From Asterionella formosa (Eukaryota), in contig NKIB01012947.1 in assembly GCA_002256025.1 (NCBI GenBank), positions 47,551-67,550 on the forward strand: a stretch of 20,000 nt of DNA. Reading direction: 5' to 3'. Below are positions 19,033 through 20,000 of the stretch, in pieces. Within the stretch, counting starts at the first letter, position 1. The number at the start of each line of letters is the position of its first letter. The position numbers and the translations under genes were made by a program. Below the pieces are notes generated by a model, which saw only the letters and a list, made by a program, of their open reading frames with translations, had not been told where the DNA came from and did no database searches.

Positions 19033-19773
19033 TCAAATAAATTTGGCACTCGAAATATAGCTCAACTGGGGAAAGCTACTCTCCAAATAAGCATTCCCTT
19101 TCGCCTGAATCAACCCTTGGTTGGGTCCCTTTCCACTGGGTGCGCCTTCACCATATCCTGCAAAAAACTTGTCCACCACGTCCATGCCTTCAACCACTTC
19201 TCCAAACGGACTAAATCCCTGTCGATCCAAAAATCCATTTCCATCAGCACGAGTATTGATGAAAATCTGTGTCGTCCTTGTATTTGGCCCCGCCGTCGCG
19301 AAGACAACAGTCCCTCGCGTATTGGAAACTTTCACTGGATCGTCCGCAATATTTGCCGATCGGTATTTGGCTTGAATCGCCGGGTCGCCGTTAATGCCGA
19401 ATTGTGCGACAAAGCCAGGAAGGACGCGAAACATGCGGCAATCTTGGTAAAACCCGTTTTGAACCAATTCTTCGAAGCGTGCAACACCCTTGGGGGCCCA
19501 TTCCGATTTCAGCTGGAGCTTGACCACACCAGACGTGCCGTCGTTGAGATTGGCAATGGTGAGTTCAACAAGCTTTCCCGAGTCGTCAAGGGCAGCAACA
19601 GGTTGTGCGACAGCAGCTGTGCCAATGGCAGCAGCGGCAGCAGTGGCCAAAACATGTCGACGGTCGACGGCAAACAGCGCGGATGGTGATGTCGTGCGCG
19701 TGGTAGGAGCCGGGACAAATGCACGGGAGCCTTGCAGCAAGGCGATTGCCAAGAGGGTCTTAATGGTTAACAT
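19033..19773 (-). CDS. Cyclophilin-type peptidyl-prolyl cis-trans isomerase, predicted plastid/thylakoid-lumen targeted (246 aa)
   Basis: Cyclophilin motifs WAPKGVARF, FRVLPGFVAQFG, SNTRGTVVFATAGPNTRTTQIFIN and FSPFGEVVEGMDVV. ATG 19773 gives signal peptide MLTIKTLLAIALLQGSRA|FVP, then RR plus an Ala-rich segment. Confidence 0.93.
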   Translation of the reverse strand: MLTIKTLLAIALLQGSRAFVPAPTTRTTSPSALFAVDRRHVLATAAAAAIGTAAVAQPVAALDDSGKLVELTIANLNDGTSGVVKLQLKSEWAPKGVARFEELVQNGFYQDCRMFRVLPGFVAQFGINGDPAIQAKYRSANIADDPVKVSNTRGTVVFATAGPNTRTTQIFINTRADGNGFLDRQGFSPFGEVVEGMDVVDKFFAGYGEGAPSGKGPNQGLIQAKGNAYLESSFPQLSYISSAKFI

Positions 19774-20000
19774 TGTTGGATTGATTGCCCTTTCGCACTG
19801 AGCTCTGCCTTTACCTCGTGTTTTATCTTCATCGTCCAGCATTATTTAGCAATCCCCACCCTAGCAATCCTCTTGCTGAAGGCAATACACGCCCGAGGTG
19901 GTCTCTTGCCTGCGAGTATACATGTGTTCGAGGCTGGGTGGCGCGAGTAGGTTGACCGTACGAGTGGCGCCCCCGGCGCTGCGAGAAGGTCACCCTACGA

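Noticed and set aside
19117..19801. Plus-strand ORFs opposite the cyclophilin (and similar antisense ORFs over HGD, the sulfotransferase and the dehydrogenase)
   Set aside because: Antisense shadows of real genes with no independent motifs.

Overview
Eukaryotic nuclear DNA, most likely from a diatom (inferred from a bipartite plastid presequence with an ASAFAP-type cleavage motif, a short GT-AG intron and a diatom-type Ty1/copia element). There are six credible genes: two paralogous signal-peptide ankyrin-repeat genes, homogentisate 1,2-dioxygenase, a type II membrane protein with two tandem sulfotransferase domains, a spliced D-2-hydroxyacid dehydrogenase that looks alphaproteobacterial, and a cyclophilin probably targeted to the thylakoid lumen. 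Mobile DNA comprises a decayed ~5.4 kb Ty1/copia retrotransposon and a 1.57 kb non-autonomous LTR element with non-canonical TA...TA ends and a 5-bp target-site duplication, plus repeat debris. The most unusual signal is a family of short palindromes (TACCGGTA, TACCWGGTA, GGTACC cores) that is strongly over-represented and seen only outside genes. It builds longer palindromes, and one such palindrome differs by a 7-bp unit between the two LTRs of the small element.
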